64,000 bases of DNA, from assembly GCA_009837885.1 (NCBI GenBank), contig VXSP01000045.1, positions 325,526-389,525 of the forward strand, read 5' to 3'. Numbering within the stretch: position 1 is the stretch's first letter; each line of letters opens with the position of its first letter. The position numbers were made by a program, and so were the translations under genes. The stretch comes from Holophagales bacterium (GTDB lineage: Bacteria > Acidobacteriota > Thermoanaerobaculia > Multivoradales > Multivoraceae). Positions 1 through 9,526 of the stretch are shown here, piece after piece. The notes under the pieces are model-generated. The model saw only the letters and a program-made list of their open reading frames with translations. It made no database searches and was not told the origin of the DNA.

Positions 1-2
1 AC

Positions 3-764
3 GAAGCGGCGCGCCGCTTCGAACGCGCCCTGGGACTCCGGCCGTCGTACTGGGCGGCGCGCGTCCGGCTCGGCAACGCCCTGCTAGCCGCGGGTAACGC
101 GAGTGGCGCCGAGGCGGCGTTCCGCGCGGTGCGGGCCGCGTCTCCCGGCACGCCCTGGGGCGAACTCGGATTGGGCAAGACGGCCCGCCGCCAAGGCGAG
201 CCCGAGACCGCGGCTCAACATCTGCGCACGGCGCTGGCGCTCGATCCGGCCCATCGCGAGACCCGCTATCTGCTGGCGATGACGGAGCGGCAGCTCGGCA
301 ACTCCGAGCGCGCCGGAGAACTGTTGGCCGGCCTGGAGGCCGCGGAAGTCTCCAGCCTCGACGATCCGATGCTGGAGGCCGTGTTCGAACTCGTCCGGGA
401 CACGCAGACCATGATCCGGACCGCGAACCAGCGGTTGGCCGAAGGGAACCACGTCGCCGCGGGGCGCCTCTACCGCGAGGTGCTGCGGCTCGATCCGGAT
501 TCCTACGACGCGCACCTCAACCTGGGCGTGCTCCACGGTCTGGCCGACCGCAACCAGGAGGCCGCCGCGGCGCTGGAGAGGGCGCTCGAGATCGATCCGG
601 ACCGGGCCGACGCCTACGCGCTTCTCACGATCGCCTACATCAGGACCGGACGTGCCGAAGAAGGCTTGCGTCAGTTGGAAAAGGCGCTCGAGTTGGACCC
701 CGATCATCCTCGTGCGCGAGAGATTCTCCGCAGCCTGGGCGGCAGTTTGGAACAGTTGCGCTAA
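3..764 (+). CDS. TPR-repeat protein, 5' end outside the window
   Basis: The frame of track ORF 129..764 stays open back to nt 3 (EAARRFERALGLRPSYWAARVRLGNALLAAG...). It shows repeated 34-aa TPR-like helices ending in ALELDP/LRLDP/LEIDP. Confidence 0.8.
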   Translation, partial: EAARRFERALGLRPSYWAARVRLGNALLAAGNASGAEAAFRAVRAASPGTPWGELGLGKTARRQGEPETAAQHLRTALALDPAHRETRYLLAMTERQLGNSERAGELLAGLEAAEVSSLDDPMLEAVFELVRDTQTMIRTANQRLAEGNHVAAGRLYREVLRLDPDSYDAHLNLGVLHGLADRNQEAAAALERALEIDPDRADAYALLTIAYIRTGRAEEGLRQLEKALELDPDHPRAREILRSLGGSLEQLR

Positions 765-1102
765 CATCTGATGTTTGGCCCCACTGGGACGGCTCTTGCG
801 CCGCCTGGTCAACGGCGCGCCGGAGTTGTCCTGGTGAGACTCCAGGTCGGTTCCCCGGCGTGAAGCAACGTCCGAGGCTCCGACCCGGAGTTGAACGGGC
901 AGCCGGGAATCACGAAGCGTGGTGATTCCCTCGGCTCACAGGGGTCTTCTCCAGCAGACGGGAGAATGCCTCAGGCGGCCGGAAGTGGCCGGTACGAGAT
1001 CGGAGATGGCCGGTCTGTCCGGCTGGAGAGTCAATTGTCTCTCCGCCCCTCGCTGCCCGTCGGGTCGCGATTCAGCGAAGGTCGACCGAGAGGGGGGTTC
1101 AG

Positions 1103-4100
1103 ATGGATACGAGAGTCTTGTGCGCGGCGCGGCGTTTCGCCGCGGGCTGCGTGTTGTCCATGGGTGGCGTTGGGGCTGGTTACGGACAGATCGTGATCAA
1201 CGAGATCATGCAGAACCCCAGTGCTGTCAACGACAACCAGGGCGAGTGGTTCGAGCTCTACAACGCGGGGAGTGAGACGGTCGACCTGAACACCTGGACG
1301 ATCAAGGACGATGGCAGCAACACGTTCACCATCTCCAGCAGCACGGAAATCACTGCGGGCGGTTACCTCGTCTTCGGAATCAACGCGACGACATCGTCCA
1401 ACGGGGGCGTCACGGTCGACTACGACTATCCGAACGGCTTCTCTCTGAGCAACGGCGACGACGAACTCGTGCTTCTGGATGGCACAAGCACGGAGCAGGA
1501 CCGCGTCAACTGGGACGGCGGACCGAACTTTCCCGACCCGAACGGAGCCTCGATGGCGCTCAAGGCGACCGACCTCGACAACAACGTCGGTTCCAACTGG
1601 TGCGAGGCGACGACCAGCTACGGCGACGGCGACAAGGGCACGCCCGGCGCCGCGAACGACTGTCCGACGGCGCCGGTGGACTTCACGGGCGCCATCTATG
1701 ACATTCAGGGGAGCGGTGCCGAAAGCCCCCACGTTGGCGCCAAAGTCACGACGAACGACAACGTAGTGACCGCGGTAGGCGCGGGCGGCTTCTTCATCCA
1801 GACCCCAACCGCGGCCAGCGACAGCGACGCCGACACCTCGGACGGGATCTTCGTTCTCTACGACGGAACGACGACGATCAACGCAGGCGACCAGGTCGAC
1901 GTGGTGGGCGAAGCCGAGGAGTTCTTCGGTTTCACCCGGATCAACGCCACGATGTCCATTACCGATGCGTCGGTCACCGTCGACGCCAGCAACCAGACGT
2001 TGCCCGATCCGGTGGCTTTCGGCGCGACGGTGCCTTCGGGTGACCCAGCGAGTCCCAGTTGCGCGATCGAGTACGAGTGCTATGAGGGCATGCGGATCCG
2101 GATCGCGTCGGGCACGGTGAGCAGCGGCAGCCAGTTCTTTCGTAGCGACCCGGTTGCCGAGATGTACATCACTCCCACTTCGTCGCGCGCGTTTCGGGAG
2201 AAGGGTCTCGAGTATCCGGGCGACACGACGAACACGAACATCCCCGTTTGGGACACGAATCCCGAGCTCTTCGAACTCGACCCGAACAAGCTGCGTGACG
2301 AGAACGAGTCCTGGGTGCCCGGGACGGCGTTTTCGGCAACGGGTGTCCTCGGTTACGAGTTCGGTGGCTATGAACTCTGGCCGACCGAGTTGACGCGCCT
2401 CACCGCAGCCACCGCTCTGCCACGACCGGTCCGGCAGCGAAGGGCGGGCGAGGTGTCGGTCGCGTCACTGAACCTGCTGAACCTGAACGCTTCGGCCGGG
2501 GACTACGACACGAAGCTGGTCAAGCTGTCCCGCTACATACGTGAGGTCTTGCGATCTCCGGACGTCATCGGCATCCAGGAGGTCTTCACGATCGAAGCAC
2601 TGACCGCGCTGGGCAACAAGATTCGAACCGATGGCGGTCCTACGTACACGGCGTACGTCGAAGTGGGCAACCAGCCGACCGGGGCGAACGTCGGCTTCCT
2701 TGTGCGCTCGGGAGTCACGGTCGACGCGGTTACCCAGCACAACAAGAGCGAGACGTTCGTCAACCCGACAACGACCAACAACGACATCCTGCACGACCGG
2801 CCGCCGCTGCAGCTCGATGCGTCCGTCACCGGCATCGAGTTCTCGGTGATCGTCATTCACAACCGCTCGTTCATCGATGTCGACACCGATCGGGTGCAGG
2901 TTAAGCGCCTGGAACAGGCCGAGTCCGTAGCAGCCCTGGCTCAGGCGCGCCAGGACTCGAAGCTGATCATCGTCGGCGACTTCAACGCGTATCAGTTCAC
3001 CGACGGCTACTCCGACATCGTCGGCGTGATTTCGGGCGACTTCACGGCCAGTGAGAGTAAACGTCCCGGAATGGACCTGGTGAATCCGAACCTCAAGAAC
3101 CTGGTCGCGGATCTGGAAGCAGCGGAACAGTACTCCTACGTGTTCCGGGGCAACGCCCAGGCGCTTGATCATGCTCTGGTCAATGCAGAGATGCAGCCGA
3201 GCGTGGTCGAGATGGTCTACGCGCGGGGCAACGCGGATGCGGCGGAAGGCGAGGAGGAAAACGCGGGCTCAGCTCTCTACGCCTCCGACCACGACGGTTT
3301 CGTGGTGTTCCTGTCGGCGCCGGGTCGTGCGGCTCCGCAAGCGCCGGGCGATCCGGGTGGCGGCACACCGCAGACAGCGGATCTGGACCTCGGCGCCGAA
3401 AGCCAGATCGTCTCGAACAGCATGGTTCGCTACGACGTCAGTGTCGAAAACGAGGGTCCCGGCATCGCTCGTGACGTCGTTGTCATGAGTTCCTTCTCGG
3501 GCGGCGTCGCCCCAGTGGAGGCGAGGACCTCCGGCTGCGAGGAGGATCCGGGTGGCGTACCGGAGTGCAGTCTCGGCGACATCCGGGTCGGAGAGTCCGC
3601 CTCGTTCAGGATCAACGTAGACACCGGCGGCGCCAGTGAGGCGTCGCTCCGGTACAGCGGCTCCATCGTCAGCGACACGTCGGATCCGACGCCGGAGGAT
3701 GACGATATCGACATCTCCCAGCCGCTCGGTCCGCCGAACATTCCCAGCGATCTCGTGGCGACGGCGATCAGTTCGACCGAGATCGAACTCCGCTGGAAGG
3801 ACAACTCGAGCGTCGAGACCGGCTTCGAGGTCTTCCTTCAGGGTCCAGGCGACTCGAGGCTGCGGCTGATCGGGTCGGTGCCCCGGAACACGACCTCCAT
3901 GATCGTCGCCGATCTGGTGCCCGACATCAGGTACAACTTTGCTGTCGAAGCACACAATGGCCCGCTGCGCTCGGGACAGACGCCGAAGGCAACCGCGACG
4001 ACATGGTTCTCGGACGCAGCCGGCTGTGCTGATGATTCCGTGCTCTGCGTCGGGAGCTTTGAGGTCGAGGTCGAGTGGACAGCGGCCGACGGCAGGACGG

Positions 4101-4834
4101 GGCGCGGCGTCGCCGAGCGGTTGACCGCGGAGACCGGGGACTTCTGGTTCTTCCATCCGGCGAACATCGAGATGGTGATCAAGGTACTGGACGGTTGCCG
4201 GATCAACGGTCACTACTGGGTCTTTGCCGCCGGTCTGACCGACGTCCAGGTGACGACGACCGTTCGCGACCTCCGCAGTGGCCTGGAGATGAGCTGGACC
4301 AACCCGCAGGGCACCCTGTTCGAGCCAATCGCGGATTCGGAGGCGTTCGCCACCTGCGGAAGTGCGTCGAGCGTGGCCGTCGCGAGCCGGGTACGGCTCA
4401 GCGGCGCTCCGCGGGAACGCGCTGTCGACCTCTATCAGGCGAGTCTGGCCGAGAGTGATCGACTCGATCTGGCCAGCACGGCCTGTGCGGCGAGCGAGAC
4501 AGCGCTGTGCCTGCAGAGTGCCCGCTACGAGGTGCGTGCGAACTGGCAGGCCGGTGAGCAGGAGGGCGAGGCGATGGGCATGCCACGCACTCCCGACACC
4601 GGCATGTTCTGGTTCTTCAACCCGGACAACGTCGAACTGATCGTCAAGGTGCTCGATGGTTGCGCCCTCAATGGCCACCGCTGGGTGCTGATGGGCGGTC
4701 TGACGGATGTCGGCGTCGATATCTTCGTGACGGACAGCGAAACCGGCGAAGCGAGGATCTACGGGAGTCCGGGCGCTTCGGCTTTCCAGACGATGTTCGA
4801 CACAACGGCGTTCTCATGTGGCGCTGGGAAGTAG
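1103..4834 (+). CDS. Secreted multidomain extracellular nuclease (ExeM/NucH-like: lamin-tail domain + endonuclease/exonuclease/phosphatase fold + DUF11-like + FN3 + two C-terminal repeats)
   Basis: 1243-aa ORF. LTD motif: IVINEIM..GEWFELYN..TWTIKDD. EEP motifs: SLNLLNL, IGIQEV, IIVGDFNAY, ALDHALV, SDHDGF. FN3-like: LVATAISSTEIELRWKD. The ~110-aa C-terminal domain is duplicated. A G-rich SD (GAGAGGGGGG) lies before the ATG. Confidence 0.8.
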   Translation: MDTRVLCAARRFAAGCVLSMGGVGAGYGQIVINEIMQNPSAVNDNQGEWFELYNAGSETVDLNTWTIKDDGSNTFTISSSTEITAGGYLVFGINATTSSNGGVTVDYDYPNGFSLSNGDDELVLLDGTSTEQDRVNWDGGPNFPDPNGASMALKATDLDNNVGSNWCEATTSYGDGDKGTPGAANDCPTAPVDFTGAIYDIQGSGAESPHVGAKVTTNDNVVTAVGAGGFFIQTPTAASDSDADTSDGIFVLYDGTTTINAGDQVDVVGEAEEFFGFTRINATMSITDASVTVDASNQTLPDPVAFGATVPSGDPASPSCAIEYECYEGMRIRIASGTVSSGSQFFRSDPVAEMYITPTSSRAFREKGLEYPGDTTNTNIPVWDTNPELFELDPNKLRDENESWVPGTAFSATGVLGYEFGGYELWPTELTRLTAATALPRPVRQRRAGEVSVASLNLLNLNASAGDYDTKLVKLSRYIREVLRSPDVIGIQEVFTIEALTALGNKIRTDGGPTYTAYVEVGNQPTGANVGFLVRSGVTVDAVTQHNKSETFVNPTTTNNDILHDRPPLQLDASVTGIEFSVIVIHNRSFIDVDTDRVQVKRLEQAESVAALAQARQDSKLIIVGDFNAYQFTDGYSDIVGVISGDFTASESKRPGMDLVNPNLKNLVADLEAAEQYSYVFRGNAQALDHALVNAEMQPSVVEMVYARGNADAAEGEEENAGSALYASDHDGFVVFLSAPGRAAPQAPGDPGGGTPQTADLDLGAESQIVSNSMVRYDVSVENEGPGIARDVVVMSSFSGGVAPVEARTSGCEEDPGGVPECSLGDIRVGESASFRINVDTGGASEASLRYSGSIVSDTSDPTPEDDDIDISQPLGPPNIPSDLVATAISSTEIELRWKDNSSVETGFEVFLQGPGDSRLRLIGSVPRNTTSMIVADLVPDIRYNFAVEAHNGPLRSGQTPKATATTWFSDAAGCADDSVLCVGSFEVEVEWTAADGRTGRGVAERLTAETGDFWFFHPANIEMVIKVLDGCRINGHYWVFAAGLTDVQVTTTVRDLRSGLEMSWTNPQGTLFEPIADSEAFATCGSASSVAVASRVRLSGAPRERAVDLYQASLAESDRLDLASTACAASETALCLQSARYEVRANWQAGEQEGEAMGMPRTPDTGMFWFFNPDNVELIVKVLDGCALNGHRWVLMGGLTDVGVDIFVTDSETGEARIYGSPGASAFQTMFDTTAFSCGAGK

Positions 4835-5011
4835 GTCCGCCGGCAGATCCTCAACGCCGAGATACTTCGCGTCGTAGGCGGTCCCCCAGAACACCTGCGT
4901 GGGGTGGTCCACGGCGGCTGCGGGCGAGTAAGTGCCGCGGTCCTGGGCGGGTAGGGCGCCGGTCAGCGACACGGCTGCCACGGTGCCGAGCAACGCGGTG
5001 TTCGGCTTCAT
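4814..5011 (-). CDS. Small secreted hypothetical protein (65 aa)
   Basis: Internal ATG of ORF 4814..5065, preceded by GGAGGT with 9-nt spacing. The N-terminus MKPNTALLGTVAAVSLTGALPAQD looks like a signal peptide. No recognisable domain. Confidence 0.35.
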   Translation of the reverse strand: MKPNTALLGTVAAVSLTGALPAQDRGTYSPAAAVDHPTQVFWGTAYDAKYLGVEDLPADLLPSAT

Positions 5012-5094
5012 CCCCTGGCTACCTCCGGAAGTAGGGTCGGCGGCGTAGCCGCCGGTCGCTATCATCGCGCGCTTGGACGGAAGGAGGCGGCGAC

Positions 5095-6126
5095 GTGTTG
5101 AAGGCGGTTCAGTTGGGTCAGAAGTGCGGACTCCGGGTGTCGGAGCTGTGCCTGGGAACGATGAACTTCGGAGAGCCGGGCAGGGGTCACCAGGGCGACT
5201 GGACGCTCGATATCGACGCCTCTCGGCCGATCTTCCAGGCCGCCATTGAGCGTGGACTCTTCTACTTCGACTGCGCGGACATCTATGGCATCGGCGCCTG
5301 CGAGCGGGTGGTCGGGGCGCTCCTGCGCGAGCTGCTGCCGCGCGACGAGTACGTGATCTCGACCAAGGTGTCCATGCCGATGGGCCGGTCGCCGAACCAG
5401 GGCGGGCTGTCCCGCAAGCACATCATGGAGGGGGTCGACGGTTGTTTGCAGCGGCTGGGCCTGGACTACATCGACCAGTTGATCATCCATCGCCACCCGC
5501 ACGGCATTCCCGGCCAGGTCCAGGCGCCGATCGAGGAGACGCTGGAGGCCCTGCACGACGTGGTCAAGGCCGGCAAGGCCCTCTACCTTGGCGCGTCGTC
5601 CATGTTCGCGTGGCAGTTCACCGAGCTCCAGATGACGGCGCAGCGGAACGGCTGGACCGAGTTCGTGTCGATGCAGAACCACTACAACCTCGTCTACCGG
5701 GAGGAGGAGCGTGAGATGAACCCGTACTGCGCCCGGACCGGCGTGGCGCTGACTCCGTGGTCGCCGCTGGCACGCGGCATTCTCACGGGCTCGTACAAGG
5801 GCAGCTTCGACGAGGGCGGAACGGACCGCTCGAAGGGCGGCGACCGGGTCCGCACCGAGATGCTCTACGGCGGCGCCGCCACCTTCGACATCGCCGACCG
5901 GGTGGTCGAAGTGGCCGGGAAGTACGGCCGCACGCCGGCGCAGATCTCGCTGGCCTGGCTGGTGAACAAGCCCGAGGTCACATCGCCCGTCGTCGGCGTG
6001 TCGAAGATCTCCCAGATCGAGCAGCTCGTCGAGGCGACGACGATCGACCTCGATGCGGAGGACGTCGCCTACCTGGAGGAGCTGTACCAGCCGGTCGAGA
6101 ACCTGCTGTCGCGCGGTCACTCCTGA
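5095..6126 (+). CDS. Aldo/keto reductase family oxidoreductase
   Basis: 343 aa. Motifs LGTMNFG, FDCADIYG, LVISTK, YIDQLIIHR and YNLVYREEE are typical of AKR11/13-type enzymes. AAGGAGG lies upstream of the GTG start. Confidence 0.9.
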   Translation: MLKAVQLGQKCGLRVSELCLGTMNFGEPGRGHQGDWTLDIDASRPIFQAAIERGLFYFDCADIYGIGACERVVGALLRELLPRDEYVISTKVSMPMGRSPNQGGLSRKHIMEGVDGCLQRLGLDYIDQLIIHRHPHGIPGQVQAPIEETLEALHDVVKAGKALYLGASSMFAWQFTELQMTAQRNGWTEFVSMQNHYNLVYREEEREMNPYCARTGVALTPWSPLARGILTGSYKGSFDEGGTDRSKGGDRVRTEMLYGGAATFDIADRVVEVAGKYGRTPAQISLAWLVNKPEVTSPVVGVSKISQIEQLVEATTIDLDAEDVAYLEELYQPVENLLSRGHS

Positions 6127-6176
6127 GCGTTCCCGGCCTGCCGTCGGGCGCCCAGCCGCTATCATCGGCGGCGACC

Positions 6177-8015
6177 TTGAAGCATCGCGTTCATCCGGGA
6201 GGCTGCGCGGCGGTGGCGATCGCCTGCTGCATCGCCCTGCCTGTAGCTGCCATCGGCGCGCCGGTCGATACGGCCGGCCACGCCTGGGTCGGCGACCTGG
6301 CGCCGCTGGCCGAGTCGGACTTCGGTTACGAGCAGGCGGCGCACCTGCTGGAACGGGCCGGCTTCGGCGGTACGCCGGCGGAGATCGAGGAACTCGTTTC
6401 GCTCGGGCTGGAAGGCGCCGTCGCCCGGCTCGTGGACTACGAGACGATCGACGACTCGGCGCTCACGCCGTTCGACGAATCCGGGATCTGGGATCCGGGC
6501 ATGGACCCGTTCCCGCCCAGCCGGGCGGCGGCGGTGCGGCGAGCGCGGCGGCACGGCCGGTCGCTCGGCGTGGACGTCCTACCCGAGGGTTCGTCGCGGC
6601 CGATCCAGCCGGTGGTCGACAAGTTCTTCTACGGGCTGCGCAGCAACGTGCTGGAGACGCGGCGGCTGGCGCTGTGGTGGGCCGATCGGATGGTGGTGAC
6701 GCCGCGGCCGCTGGAAGAGAAGATGACCCTCTTCTGGCACGACCACTTCGCGACCTCGGAAGTCAAGGTCCGCGACGCGCGCAAGATGCACCTCCAGAAC
6801 CGGACGTTGCGTACTCATGCCACGGCGGACTTCAAGAGCCTGGTGCTCGCGGTAATGCGCGATCCGGCGATGCTGGTTTACCTCGACAACCGGGAGAACG
6901 TGAAGGACCACCCGAACGAGAACTTCGGCCGCGAGCTGCTCGAGCTGTTCACGATGGGGGTCGGCAACTACACCGAGCAGGACATTCGCGAGGCGTCGCG
7001 GGCGTTCACCGGCTGGACGAACGACGTCCTCGACTTCCGGTTCGACGCCGATCTCCATGACGGTGGCCCGAAGACCTTCCTGGGGCGCGAGGGGAACCTG
7101 GGCGGCGAGGAAGTGCTCGACATCATCCTCGAGCAGCCGGCGACCGGCGAGTTCATCGCCGGCAAGGTTTACCGCTACCTGGTGCGGGAGGAACTCGACC
7201 CGGCGCTCCAGGTCGAACTGGGCCGGCGCCTGCGCGAATCGGGATACGAACTGAAGGCGCTGCTGCGAACGATCCTGTCGTCGCGGGACTTCTACAGTCC
7301 GCCGTCGGTCGCCACCCAGATCAAGAGCCCGGTCGCTCTCTTTGTCTCGACGTACCGCAAGTTCGGCGTGCCGACGGCGCCCACGGTACCCGACATGAAC
7401 AGCCTCGCGGGTCGCCTGGGCCAGCAACTGCTCTACCCGCCGAACGTGGCCGGCTGGGCGGGCGGGCGCACCTGGATCACGCCGGCGACGTTGCTCGAGC
7501 GCGGCAACGCGATGCGTTCCGTCCTCTTTCCGCCGGCGCTCGAGGAGTTCGGCCATCCGGACCGGCGGATGCCCGGGATCTATCGCCAGGTCGGCGAGCG
7601 TCTGGCGCGGGGCATGACGATCACGGCGGCGACGAAGCAGGGCGACGCCGCGTCGAACACGCTGGCCGACGCGGATGAGGAGTACAACACCCGCTACGGC
7701 GGCTATCGCGGCTACGTGGTGGCCTACGAGCGGGTCAAGCTCGTGCCGCGCCACGTCCTCGACGTCGACGTGCGAGGCATGGTGTTGGCGGCCGGCGCCA
7801 CCGACGCCGGGGGAGCGGTCGACCACCTCCTCCACCGGTTCCTGCGTGTTCCGCTGACCGAGCAGGGACGCGCGGCGCTGGTGCGGCACCTGGAGCGCGA
7901 ACTCGAGTCGACCGGCCTGGAGGCACAGGCACCGGGCGCGACCGGGAAAGTCGAGGAAGCGCTACGCTCGACCCTCTACCTCGTCTTCAGTTCGCCCGAG
8001 TATCAGTTGGGCTGA
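6177..8015 (+). CDS. DUF1800 domain protein (secreted)
   Basis: The track ORF 5757..8015 overlaps the AKR gene, so the start is re-placed at the in-frame TTG 6177. That gives the signal-like N-terminus MKHRVHPGGCAAVAIACCIALPVAAIG. DUF1800 hallmarks: MTLFWHDHFATS, NENFGRELLELFTMGVGNYTEQDI..FTGW. Confidence 0.8.
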   Translation: MKHRVHPGGCAAVAIACCIALPVAAIGAPVDTAGHAWVGDLAPLAESDFGYEQAAHLLERAGFGGTPAEIEELVSLGLEGAVARLVDYETIDDSALTPFDESGIWDPGMDPFPPSRAAAVRRARRHGRSLGVDVLPEGSSRPIQPVVDKFFYGLRSNVLETRRLALWWADRMVVTPRPLEEKMTLFWHDHFATSEVKVRDARKMHLQNRTLRTHATADFKSLVLAVMRDPAMLVYLDNRENVKDHPNENFGRELLELFTMGVGNYTEQDIREASRAFTGWTNDVLDFRFDADLHDGGPKTFLGREGNLGGEEVLDIILEQPATGEFIAGKVYRYLVREELDPALQVELGRRLRESGYELKALLRTILSSRDFYSPPSVATQIKSPVALFVSTYRKFGVPTAPTVPDMNSLAGRLGQQLLYPPNVAGWAGGRTWITPATLLERGNAMRSVLFPPALEEFGHPDRRMPGIYRQVGERLARGMTITAATKQGDAASNTLADADEEYNTRYGGYRGYVVAYERVKLVPRHVLDVDVRGMVLAAGATDAGGAVDHLLHRFLRVPLTEQGRAALVRHLERELESTGLEAQAPGATGKVEEALRSTLYLVFSSPEYQLG

Positions 8016-8025
8016 GGAGTTCCCG

Positions 8026-9282
8026 ATGGCTGAACGACTTCCCTGCGGCTGTTCGCGGCGCGACTTCCTGCACCGTGGCCTCCTTGGACTTGGCGTCGCC
8101 GCCGGTCTTCCGGCGGTTCTCGGACGTACGTCCGCGGCGCTCGCGCTCGAGGAACTGCGGTCCGGGATCTCGGACGCGTCGGGGCGCATCCTGGTCGTGG
8201 TCGAGCTCTCTGGCGGCAACGACGGGCTGAACACCGTCATCCCGTTCCGCAACGACGAGTACTACCGGGTGCGCCCGAACCTGGGCATCCGCCCGAAGCG
8301 GGCGATCGCCGTCACCGAGGAGGCCGGGTTCCACCCGTCGCTCGTCGGCATGGAGGGCCTCTACAAGGACGGGAACCTGGCGGTCGTCGAGGGCTGCGGC
8401 TACCCGAACCCGAGTCTGTCCCACTTCTCGTCGATGGGCTTCTGGCACACCGGCGTGCCGAACGGCGGCGAGGCGCTTGGCTGGCTGGGCCGTCTCGCGG
8501 ACGATCACGGCCCGGACGGCACGCCCAACTACATCGTCAACGTGGCCAGCTCGCAGTCCCTGGCGGTGCGCGCGGCCAGGCACTCGCCGCTGGTCTTCGA
8601 CGACCCGGGCCGCCTCCGGCGCCAGGGCACGCCGGGCGAGAAACAGGCGCTCGGCCAGTTCGGCACGGACGAGGCGAGCGGCAACGACGCCCTCGACTTC
8701 CTGCGCGGCACGGCCGCCAACGCCGCTTCCAGTGCGGCGCTCGTGCGCGACGCGTGGTCCGGCTACCGCACGCCAGTCGACTACGGCATCGGCGGCCTCG
8801 GCGCCGACCTGCGCAAGGTCGCGGCCTTGATCGAGGCCGAACTGCCCACGCGCATCTACTACGTCAGCTTCCGCGGCAACTCGTTCGACACCCACGTCCA
8901 CCAGGCCGACACCCACGCCCGGCTGCTGATGTACATGTCCGACGCGGTCGCCGGCTTCCTGCGCGACGTCGACCGGATCGGCCGCGCCGACGATGTGGCG
9001 GTGCTGATGTTCACCGAGTTCGGCCGGCGGGTGGAGGAGAACGCGAGCCTCGGCACTGATCACGGCACCGCGGGCCCGATGTTCGTCGCCGGCAAAGGCG
9101 TCGCCGGCGGCTTCTACGGCGACACGCCGAGCCTCACCGACCTCGACGACGGCAACCTGAAGATGACGACCGACTTCCGGCGCGTCTACGCGTCGATGAT
9201 CGAGGGCTGGATGGGAATGGACGACGCCTCCGCGGTCCTCAAGGGCGAGTTCCCGGCGCTGCCGGTGTTCGGCGCGACGTAG
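8026..9282 (+). CDS. DUF1501 domain protein (sulfatase-like fold) with Tat signal
   Basis: 418 aa. Twin-arginine motif CSRRDFLHRG. DUF1501 motifs: VVVELSGGNDGLN, SHF, FDTH, TEFGRR..EN...GTDHG. It follows DUF1800 as in the usual gene pair. Confidence 0.85.
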   Translation: MAERLPCGCSRRDFLHRGLLGLGVAAGLPAVLGRTSAALALEELRSGISDASGRILVVVELSGGNDGLNTVIPFRNDEYYRVRPNLGIRPKRAIAVTEEAGFHPSLVGMEGLYKDGNLAVVEGCGYPNPSLSHFSSMGFWHTGVPNGGEALGWLGRLADDHGPDGTPNYIVNVASSQSLAVRAARHSPLVFDDPGRLRRQGTPGEKQALGQFGTDEASGNDALDFLRGTAANAASSAALVRDAWSGYRTPVDYGIGGLGADLRKVAALIEAELPTRIYYVSFRGNSFDTHVHQADTHARLLMYMSDAVAGFLRDVDRIGRADDVAVLMFTEFGRRVEENASLGTDHGTAGPMFVAGKGVAGGFYGDTPSLTDLDDGNLKMTTDFRRVYASMIEGWMGMDDASAVLKGEFPALPVFGAT

Positions 9283-9401
9283 GCTTCGGGCTGGCGTTGG
9301 TTGGTGCCGAGATCGCGGCCTGGGAGCGTTCCCTTTCGGCAGTCGACTTCGTTCTCGGTTGACACCGGGAGTCGTCTGTGGTCGGATCCGACATGCGAAA
9401 A

Positions 9402-9421
9402 GACCCGCCGAGAGGCGGGTC
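9402..9421 (-). terminator. GC-rich hairpin followed by TTTT on the minus strand (candidate intrinsic terminator)
   Basis: GACCCGCC-GAGA-GGCGGGTC forms an 8-bp stem. On the minus strand it is followed by TTTTCGCA. On the plus strand no T-run follows. Confidence 0.35.
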
Positions 9422-9526
9422 GCAGATAGCCATCCGGCCCGAAGCGCTAAGCAACTACAATGGGCGGCTGGCTTTTCATGGGGGCTCCCTCGGGAGCCCC
9501 TCGTTAGTTTGCGGCGGAGAGGGTCG

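Noticed and set aside
84-812. Long antisense ORFs opposite recognised genes (e.g. 84..812-, 5062..6165-, 6579..7889-, 7987..9063-, 31185..34109+, 39056..40831+, 44625..46088-, 53176..54807-, 57309..58520-).
   Set aside because: Their translations are Arg/Pro/Ala/Gly-rich low-complexity strings with no motifs, while the opposite strand encodes clearly recognisable proteins. Stop-free antisense frames are a typical artefact of high-GC DNA.
880-1100. c-di-GMP (GEMM) riboswitch upstream of the nuclease.
   Set aside because: Only a loose CACAGGGG resemblance is present. The conserved tetraloop/receptor and GGCAAACC elements are missing.
9420-9500. tmRNA-like tag region (…AKQLQWAAG… / …NYNGRLAF…).
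   Set aside because: No frame ends in the canonical ..LAA-stop tag, and no tRNA-like acceptor or T-arm (GGTTCGA..., CCA end) is visible nearby.
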